Positions 60,319-64,000 of a stretch of DNA of 64,000 bases are shown one piece after another. The stretch is from contig CAVQBK010000005.1 in assembly GCA_963710755.1 (NCBI GenBank), positions 1-64,000 on the forward strand, read 5' to 3'. Under the pieces are notes generated by a model. It was not told the DNA's origin. It ran no database searches and was given only the letters and a program-made list of their open reading frames with translations. Each line of letters begins with the position of its first letter. Within the stretch, counting starts at the first letter, position 1. Both the position numbers and the translations under genes were made by a program. Origin of the DNA: an uncultured bacterium. GTDB taxonomy: Bacteria > Oederibacteriota > JAAXVQ01 > JAUVAV01.

Positions 60319-62016
60319 TTAATAAGCTTTCAAGTCCTTTAATTCCAATTGGACCGTGGTAGTGCCATTCCAACGGTTCTCACCGGGCGAGCCCACCATA
60401 TCCAAGCTGCCGGCATTTTCAAGCTCCGGCAGTCGGTCACTCATACCAAATCCGATGACCTCCAATCGATGATTGCGGTCATCTCTCACTGCTAATTTTA
60501 AGTGCCTGTCCCCAACCACGCGCGGATAGCCGGCCAATTTTATCCCTCGAACCAACACCAAAGGTTTGTGATTCCCAAAACCAAAAGGTTCAAACCTGCT
60601 TAGTTCCCTGGTTAATTGATAATTGATTTGTCCCAGGTCTGCTTCCGCGTCGATAATCAGTTCGGGCTTAAGGCTGTCTTGGTCGAATATTTTATCTGCA
60701 AGCTCAGCCAAAGTCTGCTTAAAAATAGATAATTTTTCCCGATGCAAGGTGACGCCGGCCGCCATCTCATGGCCGCCCCATTTAAGCAGCAAAGGTGCCA
60801 TCTCATCCAATATCTGATGCAAGGGAAATCCTTTAATGCTTCTGCCCGAGCCCTTGACGATGTTATCTTCAACGGAAAGGGCGAAACAGGGGCGATAGTA
60901 TTTTTCACACAAACGGGCGGCCACCAACCCCACTACCCCATGGGGCCAATTCATCCCATAAACCGTAATCGCCGCGGGCAGGTGATCACGATCCAATTGC
61001 TGCTCGGCTTCCTGGAGTACTTTTTTTTGCACTAACTGGCGTTTGCTGTTTTCCTCATTAAGTTTGGCGGCCAAGCCATCCGCTTCCAAGGCATCTTTGG
61101 CCAACAATAAATTCAAACTGTGGTGGGCATCTCCCATTCTGCCGGCGGCATTGAGGCGCGGGGCAATTTTAAAAGCCAAATCCGTGGAATTCATCGGTTC
61201 CAACCCCAGCCCGGCCAACGTGGTCAGGGCTTTTAAACCCAAACGATGACCGCGATTGAGAACCGCCAGACCGGCTTTGGCCAAAAGACGGTTCTCCCCT
61301 ATCAAGGGTACCACATCAGCGACCGTGCCCAAGGCTACCAAATCCAGATGCTGACGTAATTTTTCCGTATCTTTTTCACCCAAGGCCGCAGCTGTGGCCC
61401 GTATGACCTGCAACCCTACCCCCACGCCTGCCAAGAGCCGTAAGTCGTCGGGACCGGTTACTTTGGGATTGACCACCACATCCGCATTCGGCAAAACGGC
61501 ACCGGGTTCATGATGATCCGTGACCAGGACGGTCATTCCCTTTTCTTTGGCCAGGGCGATTTCTTCAATAGCGGTAACCCCACAATCCACCGTCAGGAGT
61601 ACTTGCGTTCCCTGGGCGGCGGCTTTCTCAACAAAGGCGCGGTTAAGACCATAACCTTCGCTATAGCGGTCAGGCAGATAAGGGACAATCTGACCGCCCC
61701 GGGCGAGAATGAATTCCACCATTACCGCCGACGCCGTCACGCCATCGACATCATAATCACCAAAGAGCATGATCTTGGCTTTGGTCCGGATGGCCTGCGC
61801 CAACAGCTCTCCCGCTGCGACCGCACCGGGCAGCAAACGAAAATCACTTAGCCGTTGGTTTTTGCTTTCCAGAAAACGTTGTATGGCCGGTGTCGTATCA
61901 AACCCGCGCCGGATTAAAATGGCAGCGGTCAGTGGTTGAATAGCCAACTGGCGGGCAAACTCGTCCGCCTGATTGACGTCCACCGGCGTGGGTAAAATCC
62001 AATGTTTTAAATTCAC
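60319..62016 (-). CDS. recJ: ssDNA-specific exonuclease
   Basis: GDYDVDG, TVDCG, TDHH, GTVADVVPL, PRLNAAGR, GGHEMAAG. Confidence 0.98.
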   Translation of the reverse strand: MNLKHWILPTPVDVNQADEFARQLAIQPLTAAILIRRGFDTTPAIQRFLESKNQRLSDFRLLPGAVAAGELLAQAIRTKAKIMLFGDYDVDGVTASAVMVEFILARGGQIVPYLPDRYSEGYGLNRAFVEKAAAQGTQVLLTVDCGVTAIEEIALAKEKGMTVLVTDHHEPGAVLPNADVVVNPKVTGPDDLRLLAGVGVGLQVIRATAAALGEKDTEKLRQHLDLVALGTVADVVPLIGENRLLAKAGLAVLNRGHRLGLKALTTLAGLGLEPMNSTDLAFKIAPRLNAAGRMGDAHHSLNLLLAKDALEADGLAAKLNEENSKRQLVQKKVLQEAEQQLDRDHLPAAITVYGMNWPHGVVGLVAARLCEKYYRPCFALSVEDNIVKGSGRSIKGFPLHQILDEMAPLLLKWGGHEMAAGVTLHREKLSIFKQTLAELADKIFDQDSLKPELIIDAEADLGQINYQLTRELSRFEPFGFGNHKPLVLVRGIKLAGYPRVVGDRHLKLAVRDDRNHRLEVIGFGMSDRLPELENAGSLDMVGSPGENRWNGTTTVQLELKDLKAY

Positions 62017-62308
62017 AAAGCGCCCCTTGGATGCGTAATAATCATTAGTATGGGTTTGTGCTGATGCCGAAGAATGGTAAAAGAAGGACGATTATACCTT
62101 AAAACCCTTATGTTGACTAGATATCAATTGGGGAATATGAACGATGGAAGAATGGTTTATAAAAGAGATAAGAAGGTAGGGGCTCAAGTTGTGGAACCCC
62201 TGCCGTAAAGGAGACCGCAAAAACAGACCAACTCTATTTTTGAAGTCTTTAACTTTTCGTTCTTTGCGGTTTGGCGTGAGCGCTAAAAACTGTTCCGCAC
62301 CAACCGGT

Positions 62309-64000
62309 TTAGGAGGCCACCCGTAATAATTCTTCGTACGAGGTTTGCCCGGTTACCACTTTTTTCGCCACCAGGGCTTTTAAAGAAATGAACCCCGGCG
62401 TTTCCAATATAGCTTTACGCATCAGAGCAGCTGAGGTTTTGTTGATGATGGCTTCCCGCAAATTCTCTTTGATAGGAATGATTTCAAAAACAGCCTGACG
62501 CCCGCGATACCCTGTTTTGGAACAAGCTTCGCATCCTTTGCCCCGGTATAATTGCGCCTGTTTGCCGCTCATGCCCAAATATTTGGCAATGCCGGCCGGG
62601 GCCTCATAGGCCTCCTTGCACTTGGGACAGATGGACCGTACCAGCCGCTGATTGACAATAGCCGTCAAGGCCGAACCCAATAGGTAAGGCTCGATGCCCA
62701 TGTTGATGAGGTACTGGATGGCAGACACCGGATCATTGCTATGCATGGTGGTGATGACCATATGACCAGTGGGTACGGCATCCAGGACTTGCCGGGTGGA
62801 CTCCAGATCGTGCATCTCGCCCACCAGCAACACATCTGAATCCTGATCCAACATGGACCTTACACCATCGGCATAGCCAACGCCTTTATGTTCGTTGATC
62901 ACCACTTGGTTGACGCCTGGTAGAGAATAGTCTACGGCTTCATCCACAGCACTGACGTTCTTGGTTGATTTGTTCAAAGCGTTAAGGGTGGCATAGGAGG
63001 TTATCGTTTTGCCACTGGCTTTAGGACCTACAATTAGAACCAGACCATAAGGCTGCTGGATAATTCTTCGATAAAGGTCATATTGGGCTGGTTCCATACC
63101 CAATTTGTCCAACTCCAGAATGGTATTTTCCACGTTGAGCAAATGCATAACCACCTTTTCACCCCACATGGTGGGAGCGATCAGAATAGAGAGCGAGACA
63201 TCCTTACCCGGAATTTTAAGCCGCATACGTCCCCGTTGAGCCAGGCCTTTGACTTGTTGATCCATCTCGGCCATAACTTTTAACCGTCCGGCTAGGGCAT
63301 TGGCCAAGGAACGGGGCGGTGACTGCACTTCTTGCAAAATACCGTCAATACGCCACCTTATCCGAAAACTCGTTTCATAGGGTTCAAAATGGATGTCGGT
63401 GGCGCCAACTTTATTGGCTTCCACCAGCACACTGGTTAAGAAATTAATCACCGGCGTGTCACCCCCGGCTCCGCCGGCTGAAATGGTGGGAATGGAAGAG
63501 GCCATGGAAACCGGAGTATCCTGGAACTTGGAGGCAGCAGCTTTGGCGGCAGCATCCATACTCGCGACTTTACTATAATCAGGTCCCGCCGCTGAGGCCG
63601 CAGGTGTGGGGGCGCTAAATCCACCACCACCACCCATGCCGCTGGGGGCCTCCCCAAAGGTATCATCAGCCTTGGAGGATTTAACCAACTCGCCTGTGTC
63701 TTCTTCCTTGAATCCAAAATAGTTATCCACTGCTTGCTTGATTTCCTTTTCCGAGGACAAGCGCAGCTCCAAATCACAGCGGGTGGCTAATTTAATATCA
63801 TCGGTAACAAACACATTGGTGGGATCGGCCATGGCCAGAATAAGGGTATTGCCCTTTTTATCCACTGGAATGACATGCTGACTACGCATCAATTGTTCGG
63901 GAATGAGCTTCAACAGCGCTTTGGAAATAGCTTTCATTTCCGAGAGCGAGACATAGGGCACGCCCATCTGATTGCCTAAAAAAGCCATCAGCACTTCCAA
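62309..64000 (-). CDS. PilB/GspE-family secretion ATPase, 5'-truncated by the window edge, divergent motifs
   Basis: LAMADP, ATDIHFEP, RIDGILQ, GPKASGKT, VGEMHD, QRLVRSICPKC, GCEAC..TGYRGR. Confidence 0.9.
   Translation of the reverse strand: MEVLMAFLGNQMGVPYVSLSEMKAISKALLKLIPEQLMRSQHVIPVDKKGNTLILAMADPTNVFVTDDIKLATRCDLELRLSSEKEIKQAVDNYFGFKEEDTGELVKSSKADDTFGEAPSGMGGGGGFSAPTPAASAAGPDYSKVASMDAAAKAAASKFQDTPVSMASSIPTISAGGAGGDTPVINFLTSVLVEANKVGATDIHFEPYETSFRIRWRIDGILQEVQSPPRSLANALAGRLKVMAEMDQQVKGLAQRGRMRLKIPGKDVSLSILIAPTMWGEKVVMHLLNVENTILELDKLGMEPAQYDLYRRIIQQPYGLVLIVGPKASGKTITSYATLNALNKSTKNVSAVDEAVDYSLPGVNQVVINEHKGVGYADGVRSMLDQDSDVLLVGEMHDLESTRQVLDAVPTGHMVITTMHSNDPVSAIQYLINMGIEPYLLGSALTAIVNQRLVRSICPKCKEAYEAPAGIAKYLGMSGKQAQLYRGKGCEACSKTGYRGRQAVFEIIPIKENLREAIINKTSAALMRKAILETPGFISLKALVAKKVVTGQTSYEELLRVAS

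Overview
Bacterial chromosomal window from an anaerobic diderm-type organism; the taxon cannot be determined from sequence alone. (1) 1-21.3 kb, minus strand: two genes sharing a novel beta-rich domain, a small membrane protein, TolC, an RND adaptor and two AcrB-type permeases precede a giant secreted YD/Rhs-like repeat gene. That gene is 2927 aa and continues after a frameshift for at least 320 more codons, off the window edge. It carries in-frame insertions of short palindromic DNA repeats. (2) 21.8-23.8 kb: an IS1182-family element with TIRs and a CTAG duplication. It carries a DUF559 endonuclease translationally coupled to the transposase, inside a second, inner pair of inverted hairpin repeats. 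(3) A 4Fe-4S membrane protein and an SQR-like flavoprotein. (4) A type I R-M locus with RhuM and an RloC-like anticodon nuclease. (5) A GT-C glycosyltransferase, tRNA-Arg(UCU), a frameshifted DUF5674 gene, and tRNA-Pro(UGG) followed by an 8-unit modular tandem array; the same repeat family also sits in frame inside the giant gene. (6) An hdrA-mvhDGA [NiFe] group 3c hydrogenase with hypABFCDE. (7) A minus-strand housekeeping run: pilB-like, recJ, cimA, murI, queD, queE, dehydratase/activase pair, rph, rdgB, PilZ. All calls come from motif recognition by eye; no database searches were run.
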